A stretch of DNA of 64,000 nucleotides from Labilithrix sp. (GTDB lineage Bacteria; Myxococcota_A; Polyangia; Polyangiales; Polyangiaceae), in contig JAHBWE010000017.1 in NCBI GenBank assembly GCA_019637155.1, positions 147,627 to 211,626 of the forward strand, written 5' to 3'. Below the pieces are notes generated by a model that saw only the letters and a program-made list of their open reading frames with translations, was not told where the DNA came from and did no database searches. Below, in pieces: positions 54,936 through 63,175 of this stretch (position 1 is its first letter; each line of letters begins with the position of its first letter). Both the position numbers and the translations under genes were made by a program.

Positions 54936-56567
54936 TCACTCCTGGAACGCGGTCACGATGCGCCCCACCGCGTCGCGCGAGACCGGGCGCTCGAGGATGC
55001 GCGGCCGGCGGCTCGGCGGAGCGGACGGCGGCATCGCGTCGGGTCCGACGATGAGCACGGTGCGGCTCTTCAGCGCCGGCTGGAGCCGCCAGAGGACGCG
55101 GTAGAACGGCTCGCCTTCGCCGCGCATCGAGGCGCTCACGACCAGGACGTCGACCGCGCGCGTCACCACGTGCTCGAACGCCTCCATCGTCGTCGACGCG
55201 AGCGCGATGTCGGCGTGCGGATGCGCCGCCGACGCGGAGAAGAGGATCTTCGTCGACGTGTCGTCGTCCACCACGAGCACGGCGAGGCGGCGGTACGCGA
55301 CCTTCCGCGCCTTCGACGGCGGGCCCTCCGTCGCGGCGGCAGAGACGTCGGCGACGGCCACCTGCGCCGCGGCCGGTGGATACGCGCGCACGACGACGCG
55401 TCGGACCGCGGCCTGCTCGAGCGGCAGCGCGAGGACGGGGCTCTCGCGGCCGATCTTCGCGAGCTCCTCCGCGACGAAGGCGGCGTCGAGCGCGGGGACG
55501 AGCACGACGACGCGATCGGCCGCGAGCATGTCGATACGCGCGAGCGACGCGAGGAACCCGGTCGGATGGAGCGCCGACGACGCGCTGCACACGACGAGAT
55601 GGAATCGCTCCGCGAGCACACGCTCCGCCGCGTCGTCCGCCGCCGCGACGAGGAGCTCGCCCGCGGCGCCGCCGAGCGGCTCGCGAAAGGCGCGCACCTG
55701 CTCGGCGTCGAGATCGACGAAGAGAACGCGAAGCGACTCGTCCACCGTGGCAATCGCAGCGACACGCCGCAACGGCGCCGCCGCTACTGCGGCCGCGGGC
55801 GGCGCGGGCGGGGCCGACGCCGCGGGGGGCGCGGGCGGCGCGGGCGAGGCCGATGAGGTCGTCGCGACGAGCGCGAGGACGCGCTGACGGAGGCGCCAGC
55901 GCAAGAGCGGTCGCTCGAGGATGCGCTCGGTGCCCTGGAGTCGCCATCGCGCGTCGACCAGCTGCGCGCGCGCCGCGACGACGAGCACGCGCTGCGCCGT
56001 CTCGATCGGCAGCGCGGCGAGGAGCCCGTGCTCGCCGAAGGCACGCCCCGCGTCGCAGAGGATCGCGTCGAACGGCCTCGCGCGCGCGAGCCCCACCGCG
56101 GTGAGCACGTCGGAGCAGGTCGCCGGCTCGACGTCGAACACCTCGCGCACGGCCCACAGATCGCGCTCGGTGCCGTCGACGATCAGAAGCTCGAGGGCGC
56201 GCCTGCTCGGCGTGGCCACGCGTTCGGACGACGGCGCCGCGAAGACGAACGGCGGCGCGAGGTCGAACGGCGGGGCTGGCGGAACGCGGGCGCGCGCGCT
56301 CTGGCGATCGGCGTGCGACAGGACCAGCGGCCGGAGACGACCGATCAGCCCCGGCGGCGCGTCGTCATGGAAGAGGAGAATGCGCTCGCACTCGGCGTGC
56401 GTGACGACACGCAGGAGCGCGTAGTGCGCCGACGCGAGGACGCGCGTGCTCTGTTCGACGTGAACGACGAAGTCGAGCGGGACCCGGCCCGGCTCGACCG
56501 CATAGACCCCGCGTACCCCCGCGACCGACTCGAGGACGAACGCGACGTCCATCTGGCGCGGGGTCAT
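54936..56567 (-). CDS. Multi-receiver-like domain protein (several degenerate REC folds)
   Basis: Repeated blocks of the form (I/L/V)4-D...L...A...PFD/V(V/I)L(C/V)D, for example LELLIVDGTERD...PFDAILCDAG and LAVLVVDDDTST...VDVLVVSASM. I trimmed the start to the ATG at 56567. Confidence 0.6.
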   Translation of the reverse strand: MTPRQMDVAFVLESVAGVRGVYAVEPGRVPLDFVVHVEQSTRVLASAHYALLRVVTHAECERILLFHDDAPPGLIGRLRPLVLSHADRQSARARVPPAPPFDLAPPFVFAAPSSERVATPSRRALELLIVDGTERDLWAVREVFDVEPATCSDVLTAVGLARARPFDAILCDAGRAFGEHGLLAALPIETAQRVLVVAARAQLVDARWRLQGTERILERPLLRWRLRQRVLALVATTSSASPAPPAPPAASAPPAPPAAAVAAAPLRRVAAIATVDESLRVLFVDLDAEQVRAFREPLGGAAGELLVAAADDAAERVLAERFHLVVCSASSALHPTGFLASLARIDMLAADRVVVLVPALDAAFVAEELAKIGRESPVLALPLEQAAVRRVVVRAYPPAAAQVAVADVSAAATEGPPSKARKVAYRRLAVLVVDDDTSTKILFSASAAHPHADIALASTTMEAFEHVVTRAVDVLVVSASMRGEGEPFYRVLWRLQPALKSRTVLIVGPDAMPPSAPPSRRPRILERPVSRDAVGRIVTAFQE

Positions 56568-56578
56568 CACGCGATCGT

Positions 56579-56657
56579 AGCCAATTCGTGAAGCCGCGCA
56601 CCGCGGGCGGAAGGGCCCGCCGCGCGCGCATCTCGCGATCGGAGCCAATTCGTGAAG
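56579..56657. promoter_or_regulatory. Pair of direct repeats in the divergent intergenic region (candidate operator for the SARP-like regulator)
   Basis: AGCCAATTCGTGAAG occurs twice with 64-bp periodicity (56579-56593 and 56643-56657), each followed by a similar CGCGG(N)GGAAGGG motif. Confidence 0.35.
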
Positions 56658-56686
56658 ACGTGCGCGGAAGGGAGTAGACAGGAGTC

Positions 56687-58564
56687 ATGCTCGAGGCGGT
56701 CGACGAAGCCGAGGCGGTCCGCATCCTCGCGGCCGAGTCGGGCGACGAGGGGGACCTCGCCGACGTCGCCGCGCTCCTCGGCCGCGAGCGCGCGGTGCTC
56801 ACGTGGGCCGGCGGCCTCGCGCGCACGATCGGCTGGGGCCCGCTCCGCCCCCGCCTCGTCGGATGGACGCTGCCCGACGCGCGCTTGCCGTGGCGCGACG
56901 AGGTCGACGACGCGATCGCCGCGCTCTCGCCCGAAGACGCCGCCCTCCTCTCCACCCTCGCCGCGTGCGACGCGCCCTTCGCGTGGGACGTGCTCGAGTC
57001 CGTCGCGCCCGACACGTCGATCGAGAGCATCTGCCGGCTCGAAGGCGCGCGCCTCGTCACCCGCACGACACGCGCTGGCGTCGTCACGCTCGCCGTCCCC
57101 TACTCGGTCCGCGCGTTCCATCACGTCGACGCGAGCCGTACGCCTGCCCCGGACGCAGCAGACCGATGGCTCGACGCGTGGATCCGGCGCGCGATCGAGC
57201 TCCGGCCCGCGAGCTACGGCCCTCGTTCACGCGCGACGCTGGCCGAGCTCGCCGCCGCCATCCCGCTCGCGACGCGCGCGCTCTTCGCCGACGCGCCCGA
57301 GACACGCGCCCGCGGCCTCACGCTCTGGAACGCCGCCTCCGACGCCCTCTTCTTCGCCGACGCCCTCCCCTTCGACGCCCCCGCCTTCACCCGCGCCATC
57401 GAAGTCGCCGACGCCCTCACCGCCAACACCATGACCGCCGACGACGACACGATCGCGCCACCGGGGCCCCAGAAGCGGCCGCACCAGCGGTCGCGCAGCG
57501 ACCCGCCGTCTCCGGCGGGCCGTGTCTGGGGTGGGGGTGGCGGGGGCAACGCCCCCGACGTTGACCGTGTCTGGGGTGGGGGTGGCGGGGGCAACGCCCC
57601 CGACGTTGAGAGCCTGCGCGCGCGGCTCGTCGCGGGGCGCGCGATGCTCGAGCGCGGAGAGCCCGCCGCCGCGAAGGCGCTCGTCGCGGAGGCGATGGCG
57701 CTCGCGACGTCGGACGTGCTCGGCGCCGAGGCGCTGCGCGGGGCGGGCTGGGCGGCGCTCGCGCTCACCGACTTCGACGCCGCCCGCGCGGCGTTCGAAG
57801 AGGCCCGCCGCCTCACGGCCGACGATCCGCGCGGTCAGGCCGACGCCGCGGCGGGGCTCGGGATCCACGCGCTCCTCGGCGGCGAGCCCGACGCCGCGCG
57901 CGCGCTCCTGGAAGAGGCGGTCGCGATCCACGTCGTCATGCGCGACGCGCCGCGCGAAGGAGCGGTCCGCGGGATGATGGAGCTCTTGCCCGACGCGCGC
58001 GACGACGCCGCCGACAGCGTCCGGCTCGGGGCGCAGGTCGCCGAGTTCCGCGCGAGCGGGCAGCGCTGGCGTGAGGCGCTCGCCCTCGCCCGGCTCGCGA
58101 TCGCGGCGCGCGCGCGCGGCGACGCCGAGGCCGAACGGAAGCGGCTCCTCGAAGCACGCGCCGCCGCGATGGTGTCGCGGATGCCGGCCTCCACCGTCGT
58201 GCGCGCGATCGTCGAGGCGAGCGAGGCGAGCACCGCCGCGCGGCCGATCGTGGTCGGGCACGACGGACGGAACCTCACCCTGCCGTCGGGCGAGGTGCAC
58301 GACCTCGCGCGTCACGGCCCCGTGCGCCGCGTCTTGTGGGCGCTCGCCGTCGCGCGGACGGAGCGCCCCGGCGCCGCCATCTCCACCCTCGACATGATCG
58401 AGGCGGGCTGGCCCGGCGAGAAGATGCAGCACGAGGCGGCCACGCTGCGCGTCTACACGACGATCCGCCGTCTCCGCGCGCTCGGCCTCTCCGACGCGCT
58501 CGTCACGCGCGACGAAGGCTACCTCATCGATCCCGACGTACCGCTCGCGCTCGCCACCTCCTAG
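56687..58564 (+). CDS. Regulator with TPR-like helical (BTAD-like) region and C-terminal OmpR/PhoB-type winged-helix DNA-binding domain (SARP-like, inverted order)
   Basis: C-terminus: VRRVLWALAVAR...LRVYTTIRRLRALGLSDALVTRDEGYLID, the winged-helix signature. The central region is Ala/Leu-rich and TPR-like. It contains a perfect 45-bp tandem duplication. Confidence 0.6.
   Translation: MLEAVDEAEAVRILAAESGDEGDLADVAALLGRERAVLTWAGGLARTIGWGPLRPRLVGWTLPDARLPWRDEVDDAIAALSPEDAALLSTLAACDAPFAWDVLESVAPDTSIESICRLEGARLVTRTTRAGVVTLAVPYSVRAFHHVDASRTPAPDAADRWLDAWIRRAIELRPASYGPRSRATLAELAAAIPLATRALFADAPETRARGLTLWNAASDALFFADALPFDAPAFTRAIEVADALTANTMTADDDTIAPPGPQKRPHQRSRSDPPSPAGRVWGGGGGGNAPDVDRVWGGGGGGNAPDVESLRARLVAGRAMLERGEPAAAKALVAEAMALATSDVLGAEALRGAGWAALALTDFDAARAAFEEARRLTADDPRGQADAAAGLGIHALLGGEPDAARALLEEAVAIHVVMRDAPREGAVRGMMELLPDARDDAADSVRLGAQVAEFRASGQRWREALALARLAIAARARGDAEAERKRLLEARAAAMVSRMPASTVVRAIVEASEASTAARPIVVGHDGRNLTLPSGEVHDLARHGPVRRVLWALAVARTERPGAAISTLDMIEAGWPGEKMQHEAATLRVYTTIRRLRALGLSDALVTRDEGYLIDPDVPLALATS
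57520..57609 (+). repeat. Perfect 45-bp tandem duplication with G-tracts (GGGGTGGGGGTGGCGGGGG, two copies)
   Basis: ccgtgtctggggtgggggtggcgggggcaacgcccccgacgttga repeated exactly, encoding RVWGGGGGGNAPDV(D/E) twice. Confidence 0.9.
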
Positions 58565-58575
58565 AACGTCAGCCC

Positions 58576-58608
58576 GTGTCAGTGCCGCCCGCGCTCGCGG
58601 CGTGACAC
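58576..58608 (+). terminator. GC-rich inverted repeat after the regulator gene
   Basis: GTGTCAGTGCCGC-ccgcgctc-GCGGCGTGACAC (12/13 complementary). It has no U-tract, so it could be a terminator or attenuator hairpin. Confidence 0.3.
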
Positions 58609-58617
58609 ACGATCGTC

Positions 58618-59580
58618 ATGCAGAGCGCGCTCATCGCCGGCGCCGGCGCCTCCGGGTTCCTCCACGCCCTCGCGCTCCGCTCGGCCGGCGTCCGCATCGC
58701 GGCCGTCTTCGATCCCGACCGCGCGAGCGCACGGAACCTCGTCGAGCTCGTCGGCGGTGAGCCGTGCACCTCGCTCGATCGAGCGCTCCGTCACGACGCC
58801 GCGATCGCCGCGGTGTGCAGCCCCCCGATCCACCACGTCGCGCAAGCCGCCGCGCTCGCCGACGGGCGCCGCCTCGTCTTCGTCGAGAAGCCGGTCGCGC
58901 TCTCGAACGAGGAGCTCGAGCGTCTGCGGACGCTGCCGCGCGTCGTGCCGATCGTGCAGTGGCGATCGGGGCGGAGCGCGTCGGAGCTGCGCGCCGCGAT
59001 CGAGGCCGGCGTGTTCGGCGCGCGACCGCGCATCCACTGCGAGCTCCGGCTCTGGCGCGACGCCGCCTACTTCGCGCGCCGCGACGCCGCGCGCTGGGGC
59101 TGCGGCGCGATGCTGTCGATCGGCATTCACGCGCTCGACCTCGTGCTCTGGATCGCGAACCGCCGCGTCGTCGCGTCGCGCGGGCGCGAAGGGTTCGGCC
59201 GCCCTACGATCGACGTCGCGACCGCGGGCGAGATCGCGCTCGAGCTCGAGGGCGGCGCGTCGGCGCGGGTCGCGATCACGCTCGACGAGCCGCGCGCGTG
59301 CGACGTGCGCCTCGCGGTCGAAGGCGACGGCACGACCGCCTACCTCCACGCGGCGGAGGCGGACCCGACCGGCACGCCGCTCTCGTGGCGCGGCCCGCGC
59401 GCGGTCCGCTACCCCGCCCCCGCCGGCGCGCTCGGGAGCCCGCTCCTCGTGCCGTTCATCCACGAGGCGCTCGCCGCGCCGAGGCCGCTCGCGATCGACG
59501 ACGTCGCCGCCGCGCACCGGCTCGTGTTCGCGCTCACTTCCCGGTCAGCGCCGACAGACCTTTGCCGCCGACCGGCGTGA
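58618..59580 (+). CDS. Gfo/Idh/MocA family oxidoreductase
   Basis: MQSALIAGAGASGFLHALALRSAGVRIAAVFD is the Rossmann N-terminus; EKP is the Gfo/Idh/MocA motif. Confidence 0.8.
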   Translation: MQSALIAGAGASGFLHALALRSAGVRIAAVFDPDRASARNLVELVGGEPCTSLDRALRHDAAIAAVCSPPIHHVAQAAALADGRRLVFVEKPVALSNEELERLRTLPRVVPIVQWRSGRSASELRAAIEAGVFGARPRIHCELRLWRDAAYFARRDAARWGCGAMLSIGIHALDLVLWIANRRVVASRGREGFGRPTIDVATAGEIALELEGGASARVAITLDEPRACDVRLAVEGDGTTAYLHAAEADPTGTPLSWRGPRAVRYPAPAGALGSPLLVPFIHEALAAPRPLAIDDVAAAHRLVFALTSRSAPTDLCRRPA

Positions 59581-59860
59581 AGCGTGTGCCCTCCGGCGCC
59601 GACGCGACGAGCGGCATCGTCGTCTGAATGAGCTCGCGCACGCCCGGCATCGACAGCGACGCGCCGTGCGCGCGCTCGTCGCTCCAGATCTCGGTGACGA
59701 GCACGGCGTCCGGCTCGGACGACGACGTGTTGACGACGTAGAGCAGGCACGACGGGACGGACTGCATCAGCTCGGCGGCGCGGAGCAGCTTCTGCACGAG
59801 CGCATCGCGCTGGCCTTCGACGGCGACGAACTTCCCGAACAAACCGAAGAGCATGCCCAC
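59534..59860 (-). CDS. Antibiotic biosynthesis monooxygenase (ABM) family protein
   Basis: LFGLFGKFVAVEGQRDALVQKLL...LLYVVNTSSSEPDAVLVTEIWSDERAHGAS is a ferredoxin-like ABM fold signature. Confidence 0.7.
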   Translation of the reverse strand: MGMLFGLFGKFVAVEGQRDALVQKLLRAAELMQSVPSCLLYVVNTSSSEPDAVLVTEIWSDERAHGASLSMPGVRELIQTTMPLVASAPEGTRFTPVGGKGLSALTGK

Positions 59861-59864
59861 TGCT

Positions 59865-60527
59865 TTAACACCTCGATACGGGCGGAGCGACCGTCTTCGT
59901 CAGGGCGCGGCCGAGCACCTCGGCGGACTCCGCGCCGGACACCGCGACCTTCCCGTCGAAGAGGAAGAACGGAACGCCCGAGATCCCGATCGTGCGCGCC
60001 TCCGCCTCGTCCGCGCGCACCGCCTCCGCCCAGCGGTCCTCGGCGAGGCCGGCCTCCACCGCCGACGTGTCGAGGCCGACCTCGCCGGCCAGCTTCACGA
60101 GCGCGGCGCGATCGCCGATCCGGACCCCCTCCTTGAAGTTCGCGGCGAAGAGGCGATCGACCATCGCGAGCTGCTTGCCGCTCTCCTTCGCGAAGACGAC
60201 GAGCTGGTGCGCGGCGAAGGTGTTCGAGGTCCGCGTCTTGTCGAAGCGGTACTCGATCCCGTCGGCGGCGCCGAGCTTCCTGAGCCGGTCGTGCATCGCC
60301 TCGAGCTGCGCCGGACCGATCCCGAATTTCTTCTGCAGCATCTCGTTCGTCGAGACGTCGAGGTCGGGATCGCTCTTCGGATCGAGCTCGAAGCTGCGGA
60401 AGACCACCTCCACCCGCTCGCTCCCGAAGGCCGCGACCGCCTTCTCGAGCCGCGCACGGCCGAGCCAGCACCACGGACAGATCACGTCCGACCAGACATC
60501 GATGCGCACGTCACGTTTCTCGCCCAT
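59865..60527 (-). CDS. DsbA-family thiol:disulfide oxidoreductase (FrnE/HCCA-isomerase-like)
   Basis: IDVWSDVICPWCWLG is the CPWC active site. GISGVPFFLF lies at the C-terminus. Confidence 0.85.
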   Translation of the reverse strand: MGEKRDVRIDVWSDVICPWCWLGRARLEKAVAAFGSERVEVVFRSFELDPKSDPDLDVSTNEMLQKKFGIGPAQLEAMHDRLRKLGAADGIEYRFDKTRTSNTFAAHQLVVFAKESGKQLAMVDRLFAANFKEGVRIGDRAALVKLAGEVGLDTSAVEAGLAEDRWAEAVRADEAEARTIGISGVPFFLFDGKVAVSGAESAEVLGRALTKTVAPPVSRC

Positions 60528-61350
60528 GGCTCGGTTCGATGCCGGCCGATGGGCTGCCGTTGCGCGCGGCTCGCAGGACGTCGCCCGCCCGCGACTTCGT
60601 CGATCGAGCGCGCTCGCGGAGGACCTCGCGCGGCGGGATCGACGGCGCGGCGAGGACGAGCGTGTTCTGGTCGTCGACGACGAAGTCGGCGATCTCCCAC
60701 CCGCGAAACGCCTCCGCGATACGCGCGCGCACGTCGTCCGAGCCCGCGACCAGATTGGCGATCAGCGCGCCGCTGTCCTTGAGCGCGCTCCGCAACGCGC
60801 CGAAGAGCTCGGGGCCGCGGAGCGAAGGCGGAATACCGTGCGCGTCGTAGACGTCGAGCACGACGAGGTCATAAGGGCCAAAGGTCGACTCCTTGACGAA
60901 CTTGCGCGCGTCCGTCGCGTGGACGGAAATGCGCTTCGTAATGCGGAATCCGAAATACCGATTGGCCGCCGCGATCACCCAAGGATCGTTCTCCACGACG
61001 TCGATGCTCACGTCGGGATATGCCGCCTCGAACTGCCGCGGCGCGATGCAGGCGCCGCCGCCGAGGAAGAGGACCTGCTCCGGGCGCGGCTCGAGCAGCA
61101 TCGCGACGTGGAAGCCGTCGACGTAGCCGGGTCCGGAGTCGAGCGGGTCCCCCACCGCCTGCCGCGACTGCACGAGCTCGCGCCCGTCCTTCCGCAGCAC
61201 GAGCTCGCGGTAGCGCCCGCGGCGCCGGACGATCACCGCGGTCCCGTTCCGCTCGCCGACGACGACGCTCCGCGACCGCCACGCGAGCCACAGCCGCAGG
61301 CCGCCGAGGAGGAGGAACGCGGCGCCGAGCGCGGCGGTCGTGTCGGTCAT
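60511..61350 (-). CDS. Spermidine synthase-like (polyamine aminopropyltransferase family) protein
   Basis: The ATG overlaps the MFS stop (ATGA). N-terminal TM helix, then VLFLGGGACIAPRQF...VVENDPWV...DLVVLDVYDAHGIP. In many bacteria this occurs as a fused MFS/spermidine-synthase protein. Confidence 0.75.
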   Translation of the reverse strand: MTDTTAALGAAFLLLGGLRLWLAWRSRSVVVGERNGTAVIVRRRGRYRELVLRKDGRELVQSRQAVGDPLDSGPGYVDGFHVAMLLEPRPEQVLFLGGGACIAPRQFEAAYPDVSIDVVENDPWVIAAANRYFGFRITKRISVHATDARKFVKESTFGPYDLVVLDVYDAHGIPPSLRGPELFGALRSALKDSGALIANLVAGSDDVRARIAEAFRGWEIADFVVDDQNTLVLAAPSIPPREVLRERARSTKSRAGDVLRAARNGSPSAGIEPSHGRET

Positions 61351-62543
61351 GGCTCGACCGTACGCGGCGCCTTGCGCGCGATCGACGCGACGACGGCGAC
61401 GACGACGGCGGCGGAGGTCCCGCCCAGGAACGCCGCCGACGGGCCGAGGTGGTGATAGAGCGAGCCCCAGAGGATGGGCCCGATCGTGCGCGAGAGCGCG
61501 CCGGAGGACTGCGCGAACCCGAGCACGGTCCCTTGCTGGCCGGGGCCGGCGTACTGCGAGGCGAGCGACGCGAGCTGCGGATGCGAGAGGCCGACCGCCA
61601 TCGCGAGGACGACGAGACCGCCGACGAGGACGGTGGAGGACGACGCGAGCGCGATCGCCGCGAGGCCGATCGCGGCGAGGACCCCCGCGCCGGAGAGGAC
61701 GCTCGGCGACGTCATGCGGCGCGAGATCGGGCCGACGACGCCGAACTGCATCACGAGCGTCACGAGCCCGAAGAGCCCGAACAGATCGCCGACGCGCTCC
61801 TTCGTCCATCCGAAGCGCTCGGCGACGAGGAGCGCGAGCGCCGTCTGCAGGGTCGTCATGTAGAGGAACATGAAGAAATAGAGCGTCATCACGATCGCGA
61901 TCTTCGGGTTCGATCCGAGCGCCTTGAGCGACAGGTGCGGGCGCGCGGTGACGAGGGCGCGCGTGTTCGTCTCCGGGAGGAAGACGAGGACGCCGACGAG
62001 CGCGACGAAGGCCATCGCCGCCGCGAAGAGCGGAGGCGCCGCGTCGCCGAGCGTGCTCGCGCGCCCGCCGATCCAGGGGCCGAGCATCACGCCGAGCCCG
62101 ATGCCGGCGCCGACCTTGCCCATCGCGCGCACGCGCTCCGCGCCCTCCGAGATGTCCGCGATCGCCGCCTGGCACGCGCCGATGTTCCCCGAGGTCACGC
62201 CCGCGAGGATGCGCGACGCGAAGAGGAGCCAGAGCGCGTGATGACGGATCGCGAGGGAGAAGAGGATCATCGCGACGGCGTTGGCCGCGAGCGAGATCGC
62301 GATCACGCGCCGCCGCCCGTGGCGATCGGACGTGCGGCCGAGGACGGGCATCGCCACGAGCTGCGCCGCCGCGAACGACGCGAAGAGGATCCCCACGACC
62401 TGCGGCGAGCCGCCGAGCTCGCCGATGTACGAGGGCAAGAGCGGCAGGATGATCCCGTAGCCCACAAGATCGAGGAAGACGGTGAGCGTCAAAAACGGCA
62501 GGATGCGGGCGAGCCGCGGGCGCTCCTCCGCTTCGATCGTCAT
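61347..62543 (-). CDS. MFS transporter
   Basis: Twelve predicted TM segments. GRTSDRHGRRRV is the motif A loop. I trimmed the start to the ATG at 62543. Confidence 0.8.
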   Translation of the reverse strand: MTIEAEERPRLARILPFLTLTVFLDLVGYGIILPLLPSYIGELGGSPQVVGILFASFAAAQLVAMPVLGRTSDRHGRRRVIAISLAANAVAMILFSLAIRHHALWLLFASRILAGVTSGNIGACQAAIADISEGAERVRAMGKVGAGIGLGVMLGPWIGGRASTLGDAAPPLFAAAMAFVALVGVLVFLPETNTRALVTARPHLSLKALGSNPKIAIVMTLYFFMFLYMTTLQTALALLVAERFGWTKERVGDLFGLFGLVTLVMQFGVVGPISRRMTSPSVLSGAGVLAAIGLAAIALASSSTVLVGGLVVLAMAVGLSHPQLASLASQYAGPGQQGTVLGFAQSSGALSRTIGPILWGSLYHHLGPSAAFLGGTSAAVVVAVVASIARKAPRTVEP

Positions 62544-62767
62544 GCCGCGTCGATTCTCTACTCTTTGCGTCGTCTTCGCCACCGCCTGGAGGAGCTGCCC
62601 ATGACCGTTCACGGCGTTCGTTTCGTGCTCGACGGAGGCACCACGCTCGTCGGCGCCCTCGACGCGTCTCGGTTCCTCCTCCAGCGTGGGAGCGATGGCG
62701 TCTCGCCGGCGCCGCGGCTTCGCGCGAGACGGAGCGCTACACGCTCGGCCCCGCTGCGCCGCGCCGC

Positions 62768-63175
62768 GTGGAGCGCCTGGTCGCGAGGCCGATCGCGCCC
62801 GCGCTGGCGGAGCGCGCGCGAGAGGCGAACCTCCCGATTCCGCCCGACGTGCGAGCCTTCGTCGGCGCGGTCGACGAGGACCCGACGCTGCGGCGCGCGC
62901 TCGCGCAGCTCGGGCTCCACTTCGAGGAGGACGACCTCGAGATCGAGATCGAGATCGAGATCGACGGCTTCGTCCCGCTCTGGAGCAACGGCTATGGCGA
63001 CGGCTACGGCGGCCTCACGAAGGACGGCCTCGCGTACCTGCGCGTCGACGAGCGCGGGGTCGAGCCGCTGCCTCCCATCGTCGAGCACGTCCGCGCGACG
63101 GCGACCGCGGCGGACGAGCAGGCGACCGCCGAGGTCGTCCTCGCCGCGCTCGTCACTCTGCGACCCAGAGCTTGA
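62768..63175 (+). CDS. Hypothetical protein (possibly the 3' part of a frameshifted gene that starts at the ATG at 62601)
   Basis: GTG start. It contains EIEIEIEI encoded by (GAGATC)4. Upstream, the ATG at 62601 has an excellent GGAGGAG RBS and reads MTVHGVRFVLDGGTTLVGALDASRFLLQRGSDG in another frame. The convergent tail overlaps the downstream minus-strand gene. Confidence 0.35.
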   Translation: MERLVARPIAPALAERAREANLPIPPDVRAFVGAVDEDPTLRRALAQLGLHFEEDDLEIEIEIEIDGFVPLWSNGYGDGYGGLTKDGLAYLRVDERGVEPLPPIVEHVRATATAADEQATAEVVLAALVTLRPRA

